Assembly: GCA_964527595.1 (NCBI GenBank) | Contig: CAZGPI010000001.1 | Span: 145,145-209,144 of the forward strand | Reading direction: 5' to 3' | DNA: 64,000 nucleotides | Source: an uncultured Pseudomonadota bacterium | Lineage (GTDB): Bacteria; Babelota; Babeliae; Babelales; RVW-14 | Program-made: the position numbers and the translations under genes | Notes under the pieces: model-generated | Told to the model about the DNA's origin: nothing | The model's database searches: none | What the model saw: the letters and a program-made list of their open reading frames with translations, nothing else | Shown here: piece after piece, positions 27,695 through 37,056 of the stretch | How the letters are laid out: each line of letters begins with the position of its first letter | Position numbering within the stretch: position 1 is the first letter of the stretch

Positions 27695-29167
27695 TTACTT
27701 GTCCCACGCTGACACGCGTTGATGCTCATTTACCTTACTCGCAACAACACCATTAAAGAGATCGAGAGAGACAACATTATTTGGAGTCATCAAAGCCTCA
27801 ATGCCGACTTCGGCGACCAATTGATCAATTGAACGGCCAGTAAAACCACCAAGCTTTTGCGCCACGCCATTTATGAATGAGTTATCGATGGTCGACTCGA
27901 GGGTAAGCGGAGATTCACCTTTTTTGAGCGTTGCTTGCCTGAGATATTGATTAATATAAAGCTGTAAAAGCTTGACGCGCTCGCTCAAACCAGGGGCTGG
28001 AATTTCAATCTTTTTGTTAATACGGCTCAATACAGCACTATCCAATGTTTCAGGATAGTTACTTGCCAAAACAAGCATGAATTTTTCGGAGCTTCCATTG
28101 GTTCTTGATAAAAAGGTATTAACCAAATTAACCCCTTTCTCGCTAAGATCTTTACGGTCACGCAATAAGGCATCGGCTTCGTCAATAACCAAGACTAGAC
28201 CTCGCTCACCATGCTCTGCCCAATCAAATAACTCATTTAGTTTTTGTATGCCAACACCAGGTTTAAACTGCGCAACTTCTGCTCCGGAAATAACTATGTA
28301 ATCCATACCGCTTGACCGTGCAATCGTTTTTGCAATCAACGTTTTACCGGTTCCCGGTGGTCCATACAATAACATATGGCGATATTGTAGGCCCTTGGCA
28401 TGCGTCATTGCTGTTGCATTGGCCACAGAAAGGATTGTTTTTTCAAGCTCTGGAGCAAGAACAACGTGAGAAAAAGCTTCGGCTTGATTAATCGGTTGTT
28501 TTTTTGGCATTGCCCAAGAAAAGTATGAACTTAATACACCATCTCGAGATGACTCGTGCGTTAAACTCGGCATGCCTAATGTTGCATAAAAATATTTATA
28601 TATAAATTTTAAGCCATAATAACTGCCAACCGCTCCGGCCGTAGTCACCGTAAGTAAGACCCCCGCTTTGGTCAGATTATCTTTTTGGAATGCAAATTTA
28701 AAACGTTCAAGAGAACCTTCGTTGGCAACGGCTTGAGTTACCCCCGCTTGAGCAACAGCTTCTTTGAGCTTGTCTTCTGCTTTTCCATGTTCAAGAACCG
28801 ATTTCCAACCAGATGAAAAAAAACCTTCTACAAACTGACTGCTTCGAGCGTCAGCTTCCCGTGCTTGCCGCATATCATCTTCTACGCTTTTTTGTTGCGC
28901 ATCAAGAGTCTTCGATTCCTGTTCATATCTAGCTGGTCCTATATCGCCACTATCCTTGAGGTCGCCAAGTTGCTTACGTTGATGCTCAATTTCTGCAAAT
29001 TGGTGCTCAAAATTCTCGCGCACGTGATACGCAACATCTTGCTGAATTCTGTTTGTATCATTATATAGATCAAGGAAATTACCCGCCGCAGCAGGTTCCT
29101 GAGCAAACATATAAACACTAGCCAGCAAAAAGGAACCAATAATTATCGCCACCAATTTCTTATTCAT
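27695..29167 (-). CDS. ATAD3-like AAA+ ATPase (signal peptide, coiled coil, TM, AAA domain)
   Basis: Collinear with eukaryotic ATAD3 from the TM onward. '[12 protein letters not shown]', '[11 protein letters not shown]', '[37 protein letters not shown]', '[26 protein letters not shown]', '[22 protein letters not shown]'. Confidence 0.85.
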   Translation of the reverse strand: [490 protein letters not shown]

Positions 29168-30456
29168 ATCGCTCCACCATTATCTGTAAGTTGTTGTAAA
29201 TTTCCATCATTTTGTGTTCCTGGTTGTTGTATCATCGTATATAATTTTTGAGCCAGCACGACTATTGCCGGCACAATCATTACCAAATTAAGTACCGTTT
29301 GCCACGATGTATATTTTTCCGATTTAAGCCCAAGCCAAAGCGTAAACGAAGATTTATGCCCCTGGCTGAGCATGTTTTTTAATAATGGTTTGTTATCGTC
29401 GGTTGACTGCAAAATTTCTAGCAAAAGCTGATGTTTTTTCATAACAACTTCAAATAGCTTCGGCTGCAAAAATGATTGAATACTCCAACGCATAAAAAGC
29501 AGCATAAATGCAATGCGCTTGGTAAAGTGGTATGTATTTTCAGTCGTCCATTTAGGCAGTAATCCATGGTCTTGCAATAGCCCGTTTACTTGGTCCAAAA
29601 CGCCAGTTTTTAGTATTGTTAACGGCAGATTAGAAAACCACTCTTTCTCAACCAATTCAAACATCGATGGTTGGGATTGAGCTGCGTCATGATAATGCTT
29701 AATTTTTCCAACGTTACACAAACTTGTTGCCAAGACCGTGAGAATGTTTTCCGATTGTAGTTGGTCCAATAAAAAATGTTTTTTAAGCGATTGAAAGGTA
29801 CCATCCAACGCTATATTAATACCAATTGATGGTAATAACTCACGTGTCATTTTGCCTAATATCCAATTAGTTCCGGTATCAAACACAAGCTTATGAATTT
29901 GGTCGGTCGCTTTTTCTAATGCCTTATCATCATGATTATCAATACTATCCTGCATGGCTTGCAATGCATCGATATATTCCTTACGTTGAAGCATCATTTG
30001 ATCGGTAGAAAAATCGGTCCAAAAATTAAGCATATTACGGTACAAATGCCATTCATTGCCCCATTCAAGCAAAACAAAAAGCATTTTACCAAGGTCGCCA
30101 TTACATAAAGAAATTGGAGTCAGTTGATCATTTAAGGGAATATTGAATTGGTATAAAATTGTATCATTAAAAGCTTGTTGATCTTTTTTTCGATATTCTT
30201 CGGCATTTATAAGATGATCAAGAAATTGTTCATCGGTGTAGCGTTTGGCATAATCATCGCCTTTATCGATGTATTTTTGAATAGTTTCTTTAGATGAGTA
30301 ATGGTCGATAATGGTTGAATATTTTTTCATTACCTGGGCAACTCGTGCTTCGGCACTCTCTTCACCTTGCGCATTAACTGCAGCCAAAACAAAGAGCGCT
30401 CCGCATAACCCTAGTAATAAAAAGTAAAAAGTTTGAATCTTATTGTTAAAAACCAT
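29164..30456 (-). CDS. Exported hypothetical protein, translationally coupled to the ATAD3-like gene
   Basis: Signal peptide 'FYFLLLGLCGALFVLAAVNAQG' and C-terminal TM 'VLNLVMIVPAIVVLAQKLY'. Its stop overlaps the downstream start (ATGA, 29164-29167). Confidence 0.55.
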   Translation of the reverse strand: MVFNNKIQTFYFLLLGLCGALFVLAAVNAQGEESAEARVAQVMKKYSTIIDHYSSKETIQKYIDKGDDYAKRYTDEQFLDHLINAEEYRKKDQQAFNDTILYQFNIPLNDQLTPISLCNGDLGKMLFVLLEWGNEWHLYRNMLNFWTDFSTDQMMLQRKEYIDALQAMQDSIDNHDDKALEKATDQIHKLVFDTGTNWILGKMTRELLPSIGINIALDGTFQSLKKHFLLDQLQSENILTVLATSLCNVGKIKHYHDAAQSQPSMFELVEKEWFSNLPLTILKTGVLDQVNGLLQDHGLLPKWTTENTYHFTKRIAFMLLFMRWSIQSFLQPKLFEVVMKKHQLLLEILQSTDDNKPLLKNMLSQGHKSSFTLWLGLKSEKYTSWQTVLNLVMIVPAIVVLAQKLYTMIQQPGTQNDGNLQQLTDNGGAI

Positions 30457-30703
30457 AACCCCAATTACCCCAATCAGACAATAGTAAGTTCTTACAAATA
30501 CTATTTAAAGATAGCAGTAACCCGATCTATTGCAAAAGGGGTGGGGTTGAATCGACGATTGATGCGCGCAATAATGCAGTTTGTGTTAATTTAATCAACG
30601 TCAAGGGCTCTTATGGTCAAATTGCCACAATCGGGCGTCCTGAAACCCGGCCTGACTTGATTCAGGACCGCCCGAAGTGTTGAAATAACCAATTTCTCTT
30701 GCC

Positions 30704-30817
30704 TGTCATCCTTGGGCTTGCCCCGAGGATCCATCATAATATTTGTTCATTCTCAAGATGGCCTGCCCGCCGAAGCCTTGGCGAAGGATGGATGCTCGGG
30801 CAAGCCCAAGCATGACA
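30704..30817. mobile_element. MITE-like element bounded by inverted copies of the hairpin repeat
   Basis: Left 30704-30735 'tgtcatccttgggcttgccccgaggatccatc'. Right 30787-30817 is the reverse complement of 'tgtcatgcttgggcttgcccgagcatccatc'. The ~50 bp core is GC-rich. Confidence 0.55.
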
Positions 30818-30846
30818 GAACATGGGAGATAAAAAGACGATTGGTT

Positions 30847-32502
30847 TTAAACAACCACCGGGGTAATAAAGATAAGTAACTGCTTGTCTTCGATTGATTT
30901 TTTGGTACCACGGAAAAACCATCCAAGAACAGGAATGTCTTGCAAAACAGGCACACCGCTTTTCATCGTATCGTTTGAATTAACAATCAAGCCACTAATT
31001 AACGTTGTTTGGCCGCTTCGTAGCAAGACACGGTTTTTCGACCGAGTTGTTTTTATGGTGTATCCCATCGACTGAGGTTTGCCATCTTGCTGCCAACTCG
31101 CCGTTATTGTTGGCACCGATAATGAAGAATTTTCTAAGAAAATATCTAAAAAGACCGAATCACTGCCCGGGGAGACAATCGGCCTCACATTAACCTTAAT
31201 GCCAAGATCTTTATATTGCGTTGTGGTTACATTTGAAATATTTGAACCGACCGATTCGGCAACCATGGTTTGTAATGGCATCGACTCACCAACCAAAATT
31301 TCAGCAGATTCTTCGCTATTAACGAGCAACGAAGGTTTTAGTATTGTTTTAATTTCATGACGATTTTCGGCCGCGTTGAGGGTAAGATTTAACAATTTGG
31401 TTAAATCGGCATTTTTAAAAATAAACGGAAGGCTCGACATCCCTCCAGATATGGCCGCATCTCCTGCCTTCCAGCCTGGAATTAGGTTTAATGACCAATC
31501 GGTTACATTGCTAAATGGACTGGGGATCGAAGACGTGCCGTCACTTTTTGGTTGAGCGCCAACGCCAGCAAACCCTAATCGCCTACTCGTTACATTTCTG
31601 GTATAACGGCCTGATAATTGGAACCCAAGCATTTCTTCAAAGTTTTTCTCAGCGACAATTACGCGAACATCAAGCCGAACCTGCGGAATGTTAATATCAA
31701 TTGCTTGAAGCATTGCCTCAAAATCTTGTATTTGGCGTGCATGGCTTTTGAAAAATATTTTTTTAGTTGCATCATCAAATGCAATAAATGTTCCCGGTTT
31801 TCCCTTTTGATCGCCAACAACACCATCCCATAATTTTTCAAGGCGTGCTTTAAACTTATCATCCCATTTGGCATTTTGCATCGTATGAGTTGCATTAACA
31901 TAATCGATGGCTTGAGCATTTTGTGCATTAGCCTTCAGTAACTCGCGGACAAGGGTGTAATGCATTACGCGCCATACACCAAAGGTTTTAATAAGTCCCA
32001 ATCGCGGAGTTGCGCTATTTAAGAGTAGTTGTAATGCAACGGCTATTGGCACATCGTCGGCTTGAGCATCATCAATGGTTCCATCAACATTTGGGTCAAC
32101 AACAAATGCCATTCCGGATATTTTGTTGATTACTTCAATCGCTTTTTTTATCGACATTTTTTTTATGTGCAATGATATTTTTGTTTGCACCAACTCAGGA
32201 TCTTTATACACATCATTCAACAGCGTTGTAAACTCATTTTCATTGTTTTGTTGTTGAGTTATTGCACATATTTTTTCATGGTATATAGTCGAATCTTTTT
32301 TTGCGTTTTTTACCATATGTTCAATTTTCTTTAAAGCTTTTTTAGATCGAACTTCTTGTTCATGGTAAACGAGTGATGTTGCTAATGGTGGCAAATAGAT
32401 ATCGGGGCGCGACATTGGAGGAAGTATCACTTCATCAGCAACAACCGAATAGACTGACAATAAACTGATAACTCCAAAACAAAAAATTTGTGCTTTTTTC
32501 AC
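30847..32502 (-). CDS. Secretin (PilQ/GspD family outer-membrane channel)
   Basis: Signal peptide, N-domains, and a secretin C-domain 'LLRSGQTTLISGLI...KSGVPVLQDIPVLGWFFRGTKKSIEDKQLLIFITP'. Confidence 0.9.
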   Translation of the reverse strand: MKKAQIFCFGVISLLSVYSVVADEVILPPMSRPDIYLPPLATSLVYHEQEVRSKKALKKIEHMVKNAKKDSTIYHEKICAITQQQNNENEFTTLLNDVYKDPELVQTKISLHIKKMSIKKAIEVINKISGMAFVVDPNVDGTIDDAQADDVPIAVALQLLLNSATPRLGLIKTFGVWRVMHYTLVRELLKANAQNAQAIDYVNATHTMQNAKWDDKFKARLEKLWDGVVGDQKGKPGTFIAFDDATKKIFFKSHARQIQDFEAMLQAIDINIPQVRLDVRVIVAEKNFEEMLGFQLSGRYTRNVTSRRLGFAGVGAQPKSDGTSSIPSPFSNVTDWSLNLIPGWKAGDAAISGGMSSLPFIFKNADLTKLLNLTLNAAENRHEIKTILKPSLLVNSEESAEILVGESMPLQTMVAESVGSNISNVTTTQYKDLGIKVNVRPIVSPGSDSVFLDIFLENSSLSVPTITASWQQDGKPQSMGYTIKTTRSKNRVLLRSGQTTLISGLIVNSNDTMKSGVPVLQDIPVLGWFFRGTKKSIEDKQLLIFITPVVV

Positions 32503-32535
32503 ACTCTCCCCTTTTTTTTGATTAAGAGCCGGATA

Positions 32536-32898
32536 TTAATCAAGCTCTAATGCTATAACATGGTCACCGCGAACAAGCAAAACTCTCGTTCGATCGATAT
32601 CTTTTACGGTATATCCCCAAAGCTGATCGCCCGCCACCACAACCTCAGATTCCTTACCGTTGCACAAAGCGGCAGCCAAATGATCACCCATGGCCATAAT
32701 GCCTTCAAGAAAAACGCGTTTTGAGTGATGCTCTATTTTTTGCAGTTTTTTATTTTTCTTTTTAACTGAAGATGCTCGTTCTAGATAAAAGGGATCACGT
32801 GAGACAACTTTTTTTTGTAGAGAAGCACATACATCAAAGATGGTGCCAAAAGCACAACAACCAAGACTATAAATGACTATTTTTTTGTTTATCTTCAT
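32536..32898 (-). CDS. PilP-like small periplasmic protein
   Basis: N-terminal anchor, then a beta-domain 'LEGIMAMGDHLAAALCNGKESEVVVAGDQLWGYTVKDIDRTRVLLV'. Located between the PilO-like and secretin genes. Confidence 0.55.
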   Translation of the reverse strand: MKINKKIVIYSLGCCAFGTIFDVCASLQKKVVSRDPFYLERASSVKKKNKKLQKIEHHSKRVFLEGIMAMGDHLAAALCNGKESEVVVAGDQLWGYTVKDIDRTRVLLVRGDHVIALELD

Positions 32899-33463
32899 TA
32901 TCCCCAAAGCTTATAAAGGTTACTTTCATTTCGCCTTTAATTTTGTGTTTTTTAAAACGCACAAGCGATAACATATTGCAGGTAACAAATTTTTGTTGCG
33001 CAAAAAGGTCTAAAAAAAACAATCTAATCCCTTTAAACGATCCCTTAAAGGTAAGATCAAATGAATGCTTTTGCCAATAGGCACCGCGCTTAACAAGTAA
33101 TGGCTTTAGCTCTTTGCATGAAACATCATGCTTTTTCAGGCCAGCTAACAATATTTCAATCATGATTTGGTCATCAAATATTGAAGCCGCTTTGATAGCG
33201 TTCATTTTTTGATCTAGCTCAAACTTATCATGCTCAAGTAATGGTTTTTGTTGAATAATTTTGGATAAAAAAGTGTTCCGTTGCGCAAGGGTTTGAATCG
33301 TTAACGATGTTTGAATACATGTTTTTTGCATCGGAAGGTATTTCCATAAATACCAACCACCGCTGATAAGCAGCAAAATACTCATCAATAAACAAATGCG
33401 AATCCAGCGAGGAATAGCACTGAGCATAAGTACAAATTTTGATTCATGTAACCAAAATGACAT
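32867..33463 (-). CDS. PilO/GspM-like bitopic inner-membrane assembly protein
   Basis: Single TM 'ICLLMSILLLISGGWYLW', a coiled coil, then a small alpha/beta domain. Operon context with the PilB-like ATPase and the secretin. Confidence 0.5.
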   Translation of the reverse strand: MSFWLHESKFVLMLSAIPRWIRICLLMSILLLISGGWYLWKYLPMQKTCIQTSLTIQTLAQRNTFLSKIIQQKPLLEHDKFELDQKMNAIKAASIFDDQIMIEILLAGLKKHDVSCKELKPLLVKRGAYWQKHSFDLTFKGSFKGIRLFFLDLFAQQKFVTCNMLSLVRFKKHKIKGEMKVTFISFGDNEDKQKNSHL

Positions 33464-33517
33464 ATCGAAATATCCTTTTTGTTTTTGCTGGCGATATGTG
33501 TTTTGGTATGATTTTTT

Positions 33518-35233
33518 TCAACTAATCGCTTCTTCAACGTAGGCTACTGCTAACACTTCTTCAAGAGTTGTTACTCCGGCTTTGATGTTTCTTACACCAT
33601 CAATACCAAGCACCGTCATTCCCTGCTCAATTGCTTTTTGTTTAATCACCGATGCGTCAACACGCAGAACGATCAATTTTGCAATTTCATCATTAACTTC
33701 CATGACCTCAAAAATAGGCATGCGCCCTTTATAGCCTGTTTTCAGGCATTCATCGCAACCTACGGCGCGATAAAAGGTAATTGCCGCCGCCTCATCTTTG
33801 GTGATACCAACACGACCGACAATTTCAGCATCGGGTGTGTATTTTTCTTTGCATTTATCACAGAGCCTGCGAACCAATCGCTGAGAAACAACACAAATTA
33901 ATGACGACGCAATTAAGTATGGCTCAATACCCATATCAAGTAATCGAGTAACGGTTGCCGCGGCGCTATTCGTATGAATGGTACTTAAAACTAAATGTCC
34001 CGTTAAAGCTGCCTGAGTTGCAATTTGCGCCGTTTCTGGATCGCGAATTTCACCAATAAGTACAACGTCTGGATCTTGACGCAAAATTGATCTCAACGCT
34101 GAAGCAAAAGTTAATCCAGCTTTTTCGTTTACTTGTACTTGGCTTACACCATGAATAGTGTATTCAACAGGATCTTCAACGGTAATGATATTTACTTCAG
34201 GTTTATTTAATCTGGTCAAAACTGAATATAAGGTTGTCGTTTTACCAGAACCGGTTGGACCGCTTACTAATATGATGCCGTTTGGCCGTTCAATATTGTT
34301 ACGAACAACTTTAAAATCACGTTCGGATAGATTGATCATTTCAAAATTGACGGCACCCTTGGTTTTATCAAGTAAACGCATAACCACGCGTTCACCAAAA
34401 TTGCATGGCAAAACTGAGGTACGAATATCGATTGCCTTATCGCCAACTTTAATCTGAATACGTCCATCTTGCGGAACACGTTTTTCGGCGATATTGAGGT
34501 TGGCCATGATTTTAATACGCGAAACAATAGCGCTTTGGTAACGCTTAGGAGGAATAACGCGTTGGTACATTTCGCCATCGATACGATAACGTACGCGCAA
34601 TTCTTTTTCGAATGGTTCAATGTGAATATCGGAAGCACTCTCTTTAACCGCTTGGACGATGATATGGTTAACCAGCTTAACAATCGGGGCCTCATTGGCC
34701 TGTTGCATAATGTCTTTTTCTTCCATGGCGCCAGAGTCAAAATCAAATTCGCCAGGTCGACCGTCTTCGGTACTTGAAAGCTCCTCCATCATCTCTTTGC
34801 TTGTTTCCAGAGGATAGTAATGGTTAATCGCTTCATTAATAACGTCTTCGGTTGCAACGGCAGAGGCAATTTCACCGCCCATCAAGAGAACAAGATCATC
34901 CAATGGTTGAAGGTCGAGAGGATTTGCGGTAACAATAGTTTTTTTTCCCTCAAACATAATGGGAATAACACAATGTTGACGCAAAAATTTAAGGGGAACA
35001 TTACCAAGCATTTGCAAGTCAGCCATTTGCTCAGTAATTCGGTCAATAAAAGGAACGCCTATTTGAGTCGCAAGCGCACGAGATAAATCTATCTTGCTCA
35101 CCATTTTACGTTCAAGCAAAATTTGTTCTAGCGAGCTTCCCGATGTTTTTTGTTCGGCTAAACACTCATCTAATTGTTGCTGTGTTAAAACTTTTAATTC
35201 TATAAGAATTTCGCCTATTTTTTTCTTCAGCAT
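33518..35233 (-). CDS. Type IV pilus / type II secretion assembly ATPase (PilB/GspE family)
   Basis: N-terminal GSPII_E_N-like repeat. Walker A 'SGPTGSGKTTTLYS', Walker B 'IITVEDPVE', His box 'TGHLVLSTIHTN', tetracysteine 'CDKC...CDEC'. Confidence 0.92.
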   Translation of the reverse strand: MLKKKIGEILIELKVLTQQQLDECLAEQKTSGSSLEQILLERKMVSKIDLSRALATQIGVPFIDRITEQMADLQMLGNVPLKFLRQHCVIPIMFEGKKTIVTANPLDLQPLDDLVLLMGGEIASAVATEDVINEAINHYYPLETSKEMMEELSSTEDGRPGEFDFDSGAMEEKDIMQQANEAPIVKLVNHIIVQAVKESASDIHIEPFEKELRVRYRIDGEMYQRVIPPKRYQSAIVSRIKIMANLNIAEKRVPQDGRIQIKVGDKAIDIRTSVLPCNFGERVVMRLLDKTKGAVNFEMINLSERDFKVVRNNIERPNGIILVSGPTGSGKTTTLYSVLTRLNKPEVNIITVEDPVEYTIHGVSQVQVNEKAGLTFASALRSILRQDPDVVLIGEIRDPETAQIATQAALTGHLVLSTIHTNSAAATVTRLLDMGIEPYLIASSLICVVSQRLVRRLCDKCKEKYTPDAEIVGRVGITKDEAAAITFYRAVGCDECLKTGYKGRMPIFEVMEVNDEIAKLIVLRVDASVIKQKAIEQGMTVLGIDGVRNIKAGVTTLEEVLAVAYVEEAIS

Positions 35234-35416
35234 CTATCTTAGCTCCTACCAAAGAATTTACGCAGTTCAAAAATAATATTGGGTTGATGATAACAGAGGC
35301 ATTCGTGCCATGCAATAGTTTGAACACAAACACCGAGTTTCGTTGCTTAAGAACAAAAAAGTGGCCGGTAAATTAAATAATTTACCGGCCACCTCAAAAT
35401 TTTTATATGCGGTTAA

Positions 35417-35974
35417 TTATGAGTACATGCTCATAGCTGCGGCTGACATTGGAGGCTGTCTATTTCCTTTTGCCAATGCGCCCAAAACATCACCAACGTT
35501 AAGTAATTTTTCAATCACTTGCATGAACCCATTTTCAAGCGCCATTTTAAAATATTCTTGAGCAATAACGGCATTATATGGATCTTCGTCGACCATCTCT
35601 AAATAAATGTCGCCAAGACGTTCAAATACGAGCGGGATTTTATTGCAATCGGCAACATTTTCAAAAATTTTTATAGCCTCATCTTTGCGGCCTATCGCTA
35701 ATAATCTATCGGCACGATTAATTTTTTCTTGTATCTCAAGATCAAGCGACTTTATATATGCGTCTTCAGAATCAAATTCAACATCTTCACTTAACGCTTC
35801 AGCTTCAGAACCTTCCATTTCCCCTACACCTATCTTGGCCGTTTCCCTAACCATCTCGCTACGCTGACGCTTTCTGTTTGACCTTTGCCCTTTTTTCCCT
35901 CCCCCAAAACAATCACTCGTTACAAATAGTCCCAGCGCTATTAAAATCCCAAGAAAAATAGATATAAATTTCAT
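35417..35974 (-). CDS. Exported TPR-like protein (possible PilF/PilW-type accessory, speculative)
   Basis: Signal-like 'MKFISIFLGILIALGLFVTSDC'. TPR-like helices 'LLAIGRKDEAIKIFENVAD...LGDIYLEMVDEDPYNAVIAQEYFKMALE'. It is the upstream gene on the same strand as the pilus cluster. Confidence 0.45.
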   Translation of the reverse strand: MKFISIFLGILIALGLFVTSDCFGGGKKGQRSNRKRQRSEMVRETAKIGVGEMEGSEAEALSEDVEFDSEDAYIKSLDLEIQEKINRADRLLAIGRKDEAIKIFENVADCNKIPLVFERLGDIYLEMVDEDPYNAVIAQEYFKMALENGFMQVIEKLLNVGDVLGALAKGNRQPPMSAAAMSMYS

Positions 35975-36274
35975 TTCATCCCCTTTGTGTTCATTAAGTC
36001 TTTTAACGAAATTTACTCATAATTCCTCCTTTTGATTATCAATACCAAAATGAGAGCTTAAAAGATTAACCCGTAAAAAGAGTTTTCCTGTGTATGTTGA
36101 AATAGTTATGGCTTGGCTTGAAAAGTTTTGAGCTAGAAACGAAAGTCTTAATGTTTTTTTGATCTTCATGAGAAATCCCCCCGAACATCCAACAAGATCT
36201 ATCTTTTTTCCATAATTTATTGTTGCACAAGAGATCCCAAGAATGCAACCAATTATAATAAGTGCCTAGCTAAC

Positions 36275-36925
36275 CTATATCCAATGAAATATCTTCAAAA
36301 TACGCATAACAAAATCGCCAAAAAAGTAGAATCCTAGCCCAAAAAATATCACACCGGTTATGTGCGATATTGTTCGAAGACGTTGCTCACTGATTGCCTG
36401 ACCAAGCCGAGAAGCGACAAGTGCAACCGTTGTTAAAATAGTTAATGAGCCGAATACAACACACATGCTACCAAAAACAATATGACGAAATGGTAAGGAT
36501 GGAGAATCTTCCGGAAGAATGCGAACGCCAACAAACATAAAAAAAAGAACCGTTAATGGATTAACCACCGTAAGGAAAAATGATTTAATCATTGTCGAAA
36601 TTGGGGGTAGGCTATCTTGCTGCGTATCATTTACATATTTTTGTCGGCCCTTGAACGATCGTATTCCTAAGCTAATCAAGAAAGCTCCGCCTATAAGATC
36701 CATCGCTAACATAGTCCCATGATACTCACCCAAAAGACGCAATACACCCAAAAGCCCCAAAAAGAATAGAAAGCCATCTCCGCAGGCAGCGCCAAATGCT
36801 GTTGCAAATCCTCGTGAAAATCCGTACCAAGCTCCGCGATTGAAGGTAAGAACAAAAATAGGCCCAACGGCAGAGGCCACTGAAAGCCCAACGGCATAAC
36901 ATTTAAGATAAAATTGAGTATTCAT
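36275..36925 (-). CDS. LysE/RhtB-family amino-acid exporter
   Basis: Six-TM 216-aa protein with an N-terminal 'GLSVASAVGPIFVLTFNRG' motif typical of the LysE superfamily. Confidence 0.7.
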   Translation of the reverse strand: MNTQFYLKCYAVGLSVASAVGPIFVLTFNRGAWYGFSRGFATAFGAACGDGFLFFLGLLGVLRLLGEYHGTMLAMDLIGGAFLISLGIRSFKGRQKYVNDTQQDSLPPISTMIKSFFLTVVNPLTVLFFMFVGVRILPEDSPSLPFRHIVFGSMCVVFGSLTILTTVALVASRLGQAISEQRLRTISHITGVIFFGLGFYFFGDFVMRILKIFHWI

Positions 36926-37056
36926 AGAGCATTATCCCCAGGTTATCGGTAGAAATACTTTGTATTATTTTAGCATGGCGGGTAAAATAAAAAGAAGCAT
37001 TTCTTATAAATAGTTACTACAAGCAATTAATTTCTCCCAAAGGATCAAAATTACCC

